A stretch of 64,000 bases of DNA from an uncultured archaeon (GTDB lineage Archaea > EX4484-52 > LFW-46). The position numbers and the translations under genes were made by a program. Below, piece by piece: positions 9,452-18,400 of this stretch (position 1 is the stretch's first letter; each line of letters starts with the position of its first letter). The notes beneath the pieces were generated by a model. The model saw only the letters and a program-made list of their open reading frames with translations. It searched no databases and had not been told where the DNA came from. Where the stretch lies: positions 3,425 through 67,424 of the forward strand of contig CABMCT010000031.1 of NCBI GenBank assembly GCA_902384675.1, given 5' to 3'.

Positions 9452-9724
9452 CGAGCCTGGAGGGATCTTCAGCGGCTTCGGATAGTATTCTGTGACATCA
9501 ACTTCGTTGATGTCGCTCGTTTTTCTCTTTCTACCCGGATTTCAAACCATTCACCAACCGCTTTGGGTTGGAAAGCTTACCAATCGCAATTGGCATGATT
9601 TGTCTATCTCTTTTTGGAAAAAAGAGAAAGAAACCGTTTTTGAACCCCCGACCCCTGGCTTAGAAGGCTTACACGGAATATTTGCATAATCCACAGTGCT
9701 CTATCCAAGCTGAGCTACAGGCCC
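9452..9724 (-). tRNA. tRNA-Arg(UCU) with two non-canonical introns (in anticodon stem ~29/30, 25 nt; in T-loop ~59/60, ~172 nt); CCA not encoded
   Basis: Exon1 GGGCCTGTAGCTCAGCTTGGATAGAGCACTG (9724-9694); exon2 GCCTTCTAAGCCAGGGGTCGGGGGTTCAAA (9668-9639), anticodon loop CTTCTAA; exon3 TCCCTCCAGGCTCG (9465-9452). Exon3 completes the T-stem (GGGGG/CCCTC) and a 7-bp acceptor stem against GGGCCTG. Confidence 0.5.
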
Positions 9725-9762
9725 GTACTCCTTAATTATTGCAGAAAAAGAATTTAAAGAGA

Positions 9763-10035
9763 TTAATCCGCCTCAATAATTGCCCCGAACTCTTTCGCAA
9801 TCCTCTCGGCATCCTCCTTTGTCTTAATGTTCTTTGCCATTATTTTACCGCTTTTAAACAGCGTAATTTCGGAATCAGGCGACTTTAGGAGCAGGACTTC
9901 CGGAGTTTCAACACATACTTCGAATTTTGTGCCCTTGAGCTTCTGTATTATGCTTTTGAAATCGACTTTGCGCAAGCCGTCGAAATTTATCACAAAAACA
10001 GTCCCGCCTGCGCAGGGTTTGACGACGAATGACAT
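9763..10035 (-). CDS. Single-repeat TBP-fold protein (half-size TATA-binding-protein-like domain)
   Basis: 90 aa; SEITLFKSGKIMAKNIKTKEDAERIAKEFGAII parallels the TBP repeat motif (LIFsSGKiVcTGAKSeed...arkyarii). Confidence 0.45.
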   Translation of the reverse strand: MSFVVKPCAGGTVFVINFDGLRKVDFKSIIQKLKGTKFEVCVETPEVLLLKSPDSEITLFKSGKIMAKNIKTKEDAERIAKEFGAIIEAD

Positions 10036-10040
10036 GTGTA

Positions 10041-10286
10041 TTACCTTCTTAGATTTTTAAGAAACTCTTCTTTATCAATTCCTGCCAAATCCAATATGCC
10101 GAGTAAGGTCCCGATTTTGACTTCCTTATGCATCGGAACAACAGTAACTTTCTTTTGTTTACTTAGGGTATTTTTTAGAATTACATGACTCCCGCTCTGC
10201 CTGATGGCCTCAAAGCCGAAATCTTTAGCAAGAATCTTAACTATTTCCTTTCCTGAAAGCTTAGGCAAGTTCGACACTAATAGCAC
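10041..10286 (-). CDS. hicA: HicA-family mRNA interferase toxin
   Basis: LSGKEIVKILAKDFGFEAIRQSGSHVILK...VPMHKEVKIGTLLGILDLAGI, YcfA/HicA signature. Confidence 0.8.
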   Translation of the reverse strand: MLLVSNLPKLSGKEIVKILAKDFGFEAIRQSGSHVILKNTLSKQKKVTVVPMHKEVKIGTLLGILDLAGIDKEEFLKNLRR

Positions 10287-10479
10287 CTACCGTTTTAATG
10301 CTTTTTAATTCCTCTCTCACTTCAGGCATTTCTTCAAGATAAAGCTCTACTGCCTCTTTTATATTTGCCATGGCTTCTTCTATTGTTTTTCCTTGCGTGG
10401 TTACGCCGGTAATAACTTCCTTGATAACATACATGTCTTCTTCTTTCCATACGACGGTCTGCAATTCCATAGAATACAT
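10261..10479 (-). CDS. hicB: HicB-family antitoxin
   Basis: 72 aa UPF0150-like (TQGKTIEEAMANIKEAVELYLEE); overlaps hicA by 26 nt. Confidence 0.8.
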   Translation of the reverse strand: MYSMELQTVVWKEEDMYVIKEVITGVTTQGKTIEEAMANIKEAVELYLEEMPEVREELKSIKTVGAISVELA

Positions 10480-10575
10480 TTGGCTTGGAAGAATTTAAAG
10501 GTTTAATATATCTGTTAATGATATATAAAGGAAGGAAAAGGCGGGGTTAAGAGCAATGCGCTTCTAATCCCAATT

Positions 10576-10893
10576 TCATAGCTTATTGTAACCGATTGCT
10601 TCTATCAGTTTGGTTTCCCTTACAGTGCCTCGGGGCTCGTCGTTATATTCTTTGACAAGTATTTCTTCTGCTTCTTTGCTTCGGGTGTTGCCCAATGCGG
10701 CTATCGTCGTTAGTTTCCTTGCACTGCCTCTTGGTTCCTCTTTATAGGCACCAATAAGAAGCGATTCTGCTTTACCGCATCCAGTTTTACTCATGGCATT
10801 CATGATAGTCTTTTCTCTTTCACTACCTCTTGGCTCATCCTTGAATTCTTGGATGAGCTTTTTGGTTGCTTCTACATCACATCTGTCGCCCAT
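10576..10893 (-). CDS. HEAT/PBS-lyase-like repeat protein
   Basis: Three EPRGS/EPRGT-containing ~30-aa repeats. Confidence 0.55.
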   Translation of the reverse strand: MGDRCDVEATKKLIQEFKDEPRGSEREKTIMNAMSKTGCGKAESLLIGAYKEEPRGSARKLTTIAALGNTRSKEAEEILVKEYNDEPRGTVRETKLIEAIGYNKL

Positions 10894-11313
10894 AATTCAT
10901 TCCTTATTTTCGAGGTGGACCAATCCTCATTGTGAGTCCAAGTCGTTCTTCATTCTTTTGCTTAATCCTCAAAACCTCCGGTATCGCAGAAATCCCAAAA
11001 AATTGCAATTTCAGAAGTCAACAGTTACCGATGAACATTTGTCTTTTTGATGTCTTTTGTTTATTGTAGTTGTTTTACCAGCTGCAATAAGACGCCTGCA
11101 AGAAATGTTGTGTTTTGAGGAACATTAAGCCCGAATATATCTGTAGAACTAACCATAGCCAACACCTATCCCTTTTTTAGAATTGTAATTACATTTATAA
11201 ATCCGCGCGACCAACAACTAGATATATTGGCGCTTTTTTTCTGTAAATTTTGCAAAAATGTTTCTTTTCAATTGTTTGATTGCTTTATAGAAATGCCATT
11301 AAAGTTACTCTTT

Positions 11314-11646
11314 TTAGACAACTCGCGGCCCCTTGAAAAACCCGTTCTCCTTATGCTTCGTATTAGAAAGCGCATCTTCCTGCGAAAGGCACGGCTCAAC
11401 CAGGTCTTCGCGAAGGGCATTCTTAGTTTCAATCGGCTGGAAAGCAGGCTCTACGCCGTCTGTTTTTGCCTTATCCAGAGTACTAAACGCTGAAAGAATT
11501 TCCTTCATGTCCTTCTCAAACTTCTTTTTCTCGGCTTCGGAAAGCTGGAGCCTTGCGACTTTTGCGACCTTTTCAACAATCCGTTCACTCACTTCGTTCG
11601 TTCTCGGCTTTTGAGAACTCTCTTCTCTCAAAATCAATTCGGGCAT
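11314..11646 (-). CDS. gatC: Asp/Glu-tRNA amidotransferase subunit C
   Basis: VEKVAKVARLQLSEAEKKKFEKDMKEILSAFSTLDKAKTDGVEP, the GatC pattern. Confidence 0.75.
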   Translation of the reverse strand: MPELILREESSQKPRTNEVSERIVEKVAKVARLQLSEAEKKKFEKDMKEILSAFSTLDKAKTDGVEPAFQPIETKNALREDLVEPCLSQEDALSNTKHKENGFFKGPRVV

Positions 11647-11654
11647 AATCTACT

Positions 11655-13040
11655 TTAGTGCTGGAAGTTTAAAAAACCGAAATCCTTTTTTTGTTTTTGG
11701 GGCACGTCAAACAAGTAGTATTTGCTAAACTGCTTTACAATGCTATCCAGCTCGCGCCCGTTTTTTGCAAGCAGTTCCATTACCTCGCTATATGCTTCTA
11801 TTGCGCCCCTGTTTGATTCCTCCCAGTTTATCGCCTCTACGCGCGGCGCTTCTGTATCAACAGGCATCAATGCGTCTGCGTTCTTTTTTGAGAACTCCAG
11901 GACTAAAGGAACCAAAACAGACACAGGGCACGTTTCCTCTATTTTCTTGTAGTGATTCTCTATCGAGTCCTCTGCACTACGGTAGCCCTGCCCTAAACTT
12001 TGGATTTCCTCAAGCATTCCAAAATATTCCTGTCGCTCCTCCACAGACGGTTCAGTATCCGCAATGCTTTTTTCAAAATCTTCCAGCGCCCTCATTTTTT
12101 CCCTGAATTCTTTTCGGCGTTGGGTAAACTCATTTTTGCAGCTTTCCAGCACCGGGTTTTCACTAAATCCGGTGAATTCAGCGTCCTCTGCCTTTGAATT
12201 CTTCATAGCCCTTATTTCAGGGTGTGTGTAAGCATCGATAAGAGCGAGCTCAATTGCGCTGTCAAACTCAAGGGCCTTCAGATACAGCGCCTTGATACTA
12301 TCCATTGACTGTTTTGAAAGCTCATCTTTTTCTGCTTTGCCGGCTTCTGCAAGCGCTTTTACGGCTTTGTCTGCAATAACTGCGGTCTTCAGTTTCAGCA
12401 ATACCTCGTTATACTGCTTAAGGGAATCTTCAAGAGCCGCACGCGCTCCGTCGTAGCAGAATTCGGGATATGCTTCGAATATGGCGTTTACTGTTGTCCT
12501 GTTTATCGCATGCTCTTTGTATATTTCTTTGAATCCCTCGCCGTACGCCCAAAAAACTCTTGCAAGCTGCACGTCGCTTATTTCGCTTCCTTCAAAGAAA
12601 GGCCTGGTATCGGCGCAAAGCCGCGCGTTTTCCGGTGATATAAGGAATTGCTTTTTGGCTTCTATGCTGCGCCTGATAGCCTTTTTGACTTCTTTTTTGA
12701 GCGCGTCCGCTGCGTCTTTGTAAGTGATGTCGGCTTTATCGTACTCCGGGTCGAAGGTTCTGACCGATTCATAAAGCTTTTCTTTTGGGATATTTCCGCC
12801 CCGCAAGCCGGACAGCCACTCTGACATATTTATTGCTTTTTTAACCCATTTGAAGAAGCGATAGTTACAGTCATTTTCCAAATAGTTCCCGTTTTCGGCA
12901 CGCTTCACAAAGTCTTCTGACATTGCTTCAGGGTCGTAGTCTATCCAGCTTTCGGGATCTTTGCATATCTGCAGGTCTCTCAAAAAGCTATCCCTGCCTA
13001 CCATTGTTCTAAAACGCCGCAGCGTATCGTTATAGTTCAT
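11655..13040 (-). CDS. Hypothetical protein (461 aa)
   Basis: Long ORF with protein-like composition; no motif recognised. Confidence 0.6.
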   Translation of the reverse strand: MNYNDTLRRFRTMVGRDSFLRDLQICKDPESWIDYDPEAMSEDFVKRAENGNYLENDCNYRFFKWVKKAINMSEWLSGLRGGNIPKEKLYESVRTFDPEYDKADITYKDAADALKKEVKKAIRRSIEAKKQFLISPENARLCADTRPFFEGSEISDVQLARVFWAYGEGFKEIYKEHAINRTTVNAIFEAYPEFCYDGARAALEDSLKQYNEVLLKLKTAVIADKAVKALAEAGKAEKDELSKQSMDSIKALYLKALEFDSAIELALIDAYTHPEIRAMKNSKAEDAEFTGFSENPVLESCKNEFTQRRKEFREKMRALEDFEKSIADTEPSVEERQEYFGMLEEIQSLGQGYRSAEDSIENHYKKIEETCPVSVLVPLVLEFSKKNADALMPVDTEAPRVEAINWEESNRGAIEAYSEVMELLAKNGRELDSIVKQFSKYYLFDVPQKQKKDFGFLNFQH

Positions 13041-14765
13041 ATCAAATCAAAAAGTACACAACCCGAAGGTATAGCGTCAATCTATGTCTTAAACAAAAAC
13101 AAAGACAGTAAAACAGAAATAAACGGGTCATCAGAAAGTTAGGTTAAAACGTGCACAGGAGCGTAGAATCATTCCCTGCAATTATTTGCCTGTTTTTTTA
13201 GTGCAGATTGATACATACATGCTTCTAACACAGGCGGACATGTGCCAAGAACTTGGATTTGCGGTTAGAAACTGCATGCGTAACCCTAGGCTATATTGTG
13301 TGTTTAAACTATATAAAGCTTTTCGACGATTGTCTATTTAAACGTAGTGATATGCCACATGTGAGTAACTATTAAAAAGTTATGAGCAGGTCATTGTCAT
13401 GTTTTTCAAAACAACTTTATTCATAAAATATACGGTTTTTTCTTTAATCTGATTTATGTCTTTTAGACGTAGTCAGGTCGAGGCATCGCGAATATAATTC
13501 GGGATGACAAAAAAGCCGGTGACGAGAGACACAGTAGACGCTGTGGGTAGTTCTACTTCTAGATTACCACGGCTGAATTGTCTTTGGTCAATTACAATCA
13601 TACCATCTGATGAAACGGAAGAAAAACGTCGAGGGGATGGTGCACGAGCAACGCCGTGCGAGCAATTTATTGCTCATGAGAGTTGCCAAAAGTATGGAGG
13701 CAAAGTATTATGGAGAGAACCAGTTTGGTAAAAAAGAGGTTTCAAAACCTCGGAGTCGAAAGTGACAGCTGCGGGATAATTGGAGGCGGTATAGATGGCG
13801 GAGAAATCGGGTTCTGAACCAGAGATTGACAAGACCTCAATAATTGCTCGGTTCGAAGAACTTTCGTCGGAAAAACAAGAAGCGCTCAACGCGCAGGTTG
13901 AAATCGTGGCGGAAAAGGAAGGCAGGATAATTTAACTGCAGTTCTGTGTAATGGACGAAGCGCCCACTCCCTTTGTCCATTACTTTTTTACGATGATAAA
14001 TAATTAACAGGAGGTGAAACATGAAGCAAAAAGGAAGAACTGGGAGGACTAAAGATAGGATAAGCCGAAGAAACCGATTAGTGAACCACGGTTAGTCGCG
14101 AGCTTTCTTTCTTTTAATTTCTTAATTTTTCCTTTTTTTACATTCATAACCCACTCAAGGGTTTTGAAGCAGGCGAAGTAGTGGCAACGTCTTCTTTAAA
14201 TAAATCCACTTTGGGCGCCGCTGTTCTTAGCAAACAATGCCTTTTTAGGGCATCAATTAGGACGGCGGCAAACAGTTTTGCAGTAACTCTTTTTTCTCTA
14301 AAAAAGAGGGGATGGACAGTTGTGGAAAAAAGTGACGGCAAGCGGTGGCGTTTGCCGGAGGTAAAATATGCGAGCTATTCAAGGAATACATAACAAGCGG
14401 ATCGGTGGATCCGGTAAAGAATCGTGGAAATATGGTGGAAACCGAGGGGATTCAAATGCAGGCAGTTGGCGACCTTTCTAGCGGAGAACTAGGGGGTGCT
14501 TTGGGACAAAATCCGCTCTTGCGGATAATAGCCTATGCGGAGCGTAAGGTTATTGACGGTATACGCGGATTGGCGTTGCGCCTAGGGCTCTATGTCGAGC
14601 CAGAGGAGCGACCTATACTCACTGCCGTTCGTATACCTGATGTGGTGACGTTCCAAGGCATTAGAAGGTCTTGCGTGGTTAAGCGCCTTCTGGATCCTTT
14701 TGGAAGAATAGTTGAAACATACTATCTCTTTTCAGGAGGTGCATCCTCCCCTACTTTTTTTCTCT

Positions 14766-14858
14766 TATATATCATTATCAGATATTAGTGAAACATCTTT
14801 AAATATTCTCCTCCCCATAATTGTCTTAAGTCCTGCTGTTTCGTCTTTCGTCGTGATT
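14766..14858 (+). promoter_or_regulatory. Copy A of shared ~95-bp TATA-containing promoter/leader repeat (upstream of 14860 gene)
   Basis: T-run, then tatatcattatcagata, ~45 bp, then gtcttaagtcctgctgtttcgtcttt; ~75% identical to 18401-18490. Confidence 0.6.
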
Positions 14859-14859
14859 C

Positions 14860-15432
14860 GTGATAACTATGGTCCGCCCGCCAAAGGAAGTAAAAGACCT
14901 GACAAAGCGCTATATCAAGCCCGATGAGGTTTATCGGGAACTTGAAGAGCGACCTGAGCCGCGCTTTCTTGAGGAGCCGGAGGAAGAGTATCTCGAGAAG
15001 GAGCCAAAGGAGAAGATAATTAAGCTCCGCGAGCGGGAGACGCTTCCAAGGGCAGAGGATGAGGAGATAAAGTCCCTGCAAAGGGTGAGCCCGCAAATAA
15101 TCGGAAACCTGTTTGACCGTGTGCGGTTTTTAAGCGAGAGGATAGCGGAATTAAAGGCCGCAATCGAGGAGCGAAAGCGGGTAAATAAGGAAATACTTTC
15201 GGAAATAAACGAGGATATCCTGACAAGAAAGGAATTCATGCGCACTCTGGCAGAATTGTCGGACAAGCGGGATTTTATGCTTGATATGTCCCTTCTTGCG
15301 CGGGAAAAGCGAAAGGAAAACGTGCAGTTCTGGCGCGATTTATTGGAAATATCAACCGAATTGCGCGAATTGCAGGAACAGTGGGAGATGGAAAGCAAGA
15401 TTGCATCGATATTTAACTCGATTAAGAGTTAA
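14860..15432 (+). CDS. Acidic coiled-coil protein, unknown function
   Basis: 190 aa, E/K/R-rich heptad-like sequence; probable start at ATG 14869. Confidence 0.5.
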   Translation: MITMVRPPKEVKDLTKRYIKPDEVYRELEERPEPRFLEEPEEEYLEKEPKEKIIKLRERETLPRAEDEEIKSLQRVSPQIIGNLFDRVRFLSERIAELKAAIEERKRVNKEILSEINEDILTRKEFMRTLAELSDKRDFMLDMSLLAREKRKENVQFWRDLLEISTELRELQEQWEMESKIASIFNSIKS

Positions 15433-15885
15433 ATAGCTGAGAGCGGCAGCGAAAGGATATTTGATTCTATCAATACGAAGTGATTCCTATGGTCGTAAGC
15501 ACAAAATATGTCGGGTACAGGGGCCTTTCGTACTGCATATATTGCGATATTCGCGACAGGGTGCAGAAGGCAGTGCGCAGGCTCATCAATCGCCTTAAAG
15601 GAAAGAAAGAGGAAAAAACACGGCAGAAAAAAGACCTCGGCTACAGGCGCTGGATGAAGACCGAATGGGGAGGAGGAGAAGTGTAGGCATTGAGAGGCAA
15701 TTGCATTGTACAGCCTACAATTCGACGACGAGTGAGGAGGAGAAGTATGATTTCTTTGTGCATAGCTTTATTGAGTACAAATCATATTTCGATTGGAGGC
15801 GAGGTATAATGGGATTGTACGTAGAGCTCATTGAAAACCATTGTACTGAGCCGATTGGTGGGGAAGTATAGATAATCATAAAGCT

Positions 15886-16521
15886 CTATTCGCTCTTTAG
15901 CTTTTTCAAAAGTTCGGCCTTTCTTATCTTAAATTCCCTTTGATTGAGCCCTAAATACGCTATATTTTTGGGGCTAAATGCGGTTATTACCTTTGATAGT
16001 TCTCCAGAGAGGTGAGGCAGTCCATACTTTTCCAGAAGCGCGCGATATTTTTTGAAGTCAACATCCACACTCAAAACCAAAGTCATTATATCTATCGCGT
16101 CTTTTTCGCCCTTTATACTCCCACGCCTGTCAATTTCTGCCGCCTGTTTTAATATAAGCAGGGCTTCCGGGATAATCACGTCAATGCCTTCCAGTTTTGT
16201 AGAGCAGTTTTTCAAATCTTGGAGCGGTATTACAAATTTTGAAAAAAACGGCACGTAAATATCGATATCTATCTCGTCGATTTTTATCTCATATTTTCGC
16301 AGTTGCTCGTTTTTTCGTAAGTCATAGTGCTGTTTCAGATAGTCAAGCGTCTTAAAGTCCTTCAAAACAATGTCGATATCTTTCGATTTATGCGCCTTTG
16401 TCCATAGAAACGCAGCCCACCCGCCGATAAGAATGAACTCAAACGGGAGCATTTTCAAGTCTAAAAGAATCTCCCAGCTTCTTCTTGTTACCATATCGCT
16501 CCAAAACTCCTTAATGGCCAT
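15886..16521 (-). CDS. Minimal nucleotidyltransferase-fold protein (AbiEii/MNT-like)
   Basis: ILIGGWAAFLWTKAHKSKDIDIV matches the GG...[ST]xDID NTase motif; overlaps its upstream partner by 11 nt. Confidence 0.55.
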   Translation of the reverse strand: MAIKEFWSDMVTRRSWEILLDLKMLPFEFILIGGWAAFLWTKAHKSKDIDIVLKDFKTLDYLKQHYDLRKNEQLRKYEIKIDEIDIDIYVPFFSKFVIPLQDLKNCSTKLEGIDVIIPEALLILKQAAEIDRRGSIKGEKDAIDIMTLVLSVDVDFKKYRALLEKYGLPHLSGELSKVITAFSPKNIAYLGLNQREFKIRKAELLKKLKSE

Positions 16522-17095
16522 GTATTTTCGCCTCCAGCGCCTTCAAAAAATCCTTTGCATACCACTCTTTTATATTCCAGAGGTCGGCAAAGGTCTGGCC
16601 GATTGTCGTTACGCTTCCGTATTTTTGAATATTCTTGTCTGCATTCAATACAAATAAGTTCGGCGGGTTTCTTGATGCGGGAAAACGCTTCTTAATTTCC
16701 GAAATATCCCGGGAATAAACATATACTTCTGAATAATCTGCAGGAACGTCCTTAAAAGCGAACTTATACGCAGAATACGCTGCAAAAACAGTATTTGAAG
16801 GCAGTAATTTCTCAATTTCTGAAACAGGCAGCTCAACGCGCGTGGAATAAATGATATCTCTTTGCAGGTTTCTGATATTCGCCCAGTAATACAGGATTTT
16901 TTCAATGTCGGTTACTTTAAAACCGCGCGCAAGAACCGCTATTGCGCCCATGGCCCTGAGCGGCCTTAGCGCATAATTGACAACGCTTATTGATATTCTA
17001 AGATTTTTGGAGAGCTCAAGCTGGGTAAAAGTGTGGCGCTTCTTCTCGATTGCCTGATAAAGCAATTCGCGATAAATCTGTTCTATGATTCTCAT
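16511..17095 (-). CDS. Winged-HTH protein partnered with the NTase (AbiEi-like)
   Basis: N-terminal FTQLELSKNLRISISVVNYALRPL wHTH; 194 aa. Confidence 0.55.
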   Translation of the reverse strand: MRIIEQIYRELLYQAIEKKRHTFTQLELSKNLRISISVVNYALRPLRAMGAIAVLARGFKVTDIEKILYYWANIRNLQRDIIYSTRVELPVSEIEKLLPSNTVFAAYSAYKFAFKDVPADYSEVYVYSRDISEIKKRFPASRNPPNLFVLNADKNIQKYGSVTTIGQTFADLWNIKEWYAKDFLKALEAKIHGH

Positions 17096-17589
17096 AAGTT
17101 TCTAATTATAAACTTTTGTATTTATAAATGTTTCTAATATATTAGAAACTCTTAATTTCTCTTTAATATGTAACCTTTTCTCAGTAGCAAAGATTTATAA
17201 GTATGGATATTCTAATAGTAGCGGGCTTTAGCGCTTCAATCATTTTCCTACAAACATTCCAATAAAGAACGAAGTCTTTGCTACTTTGTTTCCAAATGCC
17301 TTTGGGCTTTGGTTTTTTTGAGCCTCTGGCAAGAGAAAGACAAAACAGGTAGCTGGGCTGTTGTTTTCTGAATGTGATGTGGGAAGCGGTCGCATCATAC
17401 GCGCAGTAAGCGAAGATGCAGGAGATAAAAGTGGAATTAAGAGAAAAGTTAGAAAAAACCCTCGTTCTTCTTATCGGCGGCATTCTATTTTGGATAGTCT
17501 CAAAAGGAGCATATGCCGTACCTTTAGTGATTCTTGAATCATTGGCCATAGGATGGCTATGGCTTATAAAAGGAAGGAGGTGACAAGCG

Positions 17590-17736
17590 ATGAAGCATAA
17601 CATATTTACAGCCGTTTGGCTTGTATTGACTGGAGCGGTCGGGTACTTTACCTTACCAGTTCTCGGTCACGCAGCGATTTTCCCTACGGGTATATTCTAT
17701 GTTGCAGGAATCCTGGTGGGAAAGAACATACCGTAA
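17590..17736 (+). CDS. 48-aa two-TM membrane peptide (below ORF-track cutoff)
   Basis: ATG preceded by ggaaggaggtga; MKHNIFTAVWLVLTGAVGYFTLPVLGHAAIFPTGIFYVAGILVGKNIP; 16 nt upstream of the next gene. Confidence 0.45.
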   Translation: MKHNIFTAVWLVLTGAVGYFTLPVLGHAAIFPTGIFYVAGILVGKNIP

Positions 17737-17752
17737 TAAGGAGTAAAGCAAT

Positions 17753-18367
17753 ATGAAAAAAATAGAAGCCCTGTTATCTTATTTTCTTTTGTTCATTCAA
17801 AAGAAAATTGAACCGATTATGAAAACAAATATTGTCTCTTCCTTTATTTCGTTCACACGAAAAAAGGAGAAAGAGATAAGAAATATAGAACGCCCTTCAC
17901 AGAGAGCAATTTACGCCATACTATTTGGCGTCATTGCTGGAAGTCTATTTGTGATGGAATTTGCGAGAGAGTTGAGCAGCAACCACGAGACTTTAACAAA
18001 GTTTATATGGCTGGATGCTATAGTTTACGGATACCTGTTTCTTTTTGGGGCTACCCCTACCAGTGCATTTATGTATCTTTGGGTACTTCCATTTATATCT
18101 AAATTGAAGAGACCCAAAACATGGAATCCTCTTGAATGGGTTTTGGCACTAATGGAAACAAGCGTGTTCTGGTTCGTTTTAGTTCTGCTCATCCTTCTTC
18201 CCGTTTTCGGGACCGCTGTGTACAGGCTAAGGGTATTCGGATGGGCAGATTATGCAGCCAATATGCTGTTATTGATTAGTGCAGGTGTCTTCGGTTTTCT
18301 TGTGTGGTTATTCGCGCAAGAATCAAAATGTACTAGTACATCTTCATGCGAAAGTTCTATAATTTGA
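17753..18367 (+). CDS. Polytopic membrane protein (~6 TM), candidate channel subunit
   Basis: 204 aa; TM segments AIYAILFGVIAGSLFVM, IVYGYLFLFGA, FMYLWVLPFI, VFWFVLVLLILLPVF, LLLISAGVFGFLVWLFA; SD aggagt upstream. Confidence 0.6.
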   Translation: MKKIEALLSYFLLFIQKKIEPIMKTNIVSSFISFTRKKEKEIRNIERPSQRAIYAILFGVIAGSLFVMEFARELSSNHETLTKFIWLDAIVYGYLFLFGATPTSAFMYLWVLPFISKLKRPKTWNPLEWVLALMETSVFWFVLVLLILLPVFGTAVYRLRVFGWADYAANMLLLISAGVFGFLVWLFAQESKCTSTSSCESSII

Positions 18368-18400
18368 GGCAACTGCCCATTTCTTTTTTATTTTCTTAAC

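Noticed and set aside
9395-9600. Interpreting the inverted cccaaag...ggtgaatgg copies as TIRs of a single MITE containing tRNA exon 3
   Set aside because: The two copies are separate element fragments of a family lacking clear TIRs; exon-3 assignment rests on independent stem complementarity.
13040-13500. AT-rich tract as replication origin
   Set aside because: No ORB-like repeats or adjacent cdc6/orc1 gene visible in the window.
13504-13560. Possible hammerhead or C/D-box RNA (ctgatgaaacgg... at ~13605)
   Set aside because: Only the CUGAUGA/GAAA core words match; no supporting stems or D box found by eye.
14345-14788. 147-aa ORF
   Set aside because: Gly/Arg/Leu-rich low-information sequence in an otherwise non-coding tract; no SD, no motif; more likely structured non-coding DNA.
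15480-15871. Considered a degenerate CRISPR array
   Set aside because: Repeats are only ~20 bp, strongly degenerate, four units, no leader or cas genes; better described as a periodic micro-ORF/repeat array.
17181-17603. 140-aa minus-strand ORF
   Set aside because: Antisense to SD-led small membrane-peptide ORFs on the plus strand; composition unconvincing.
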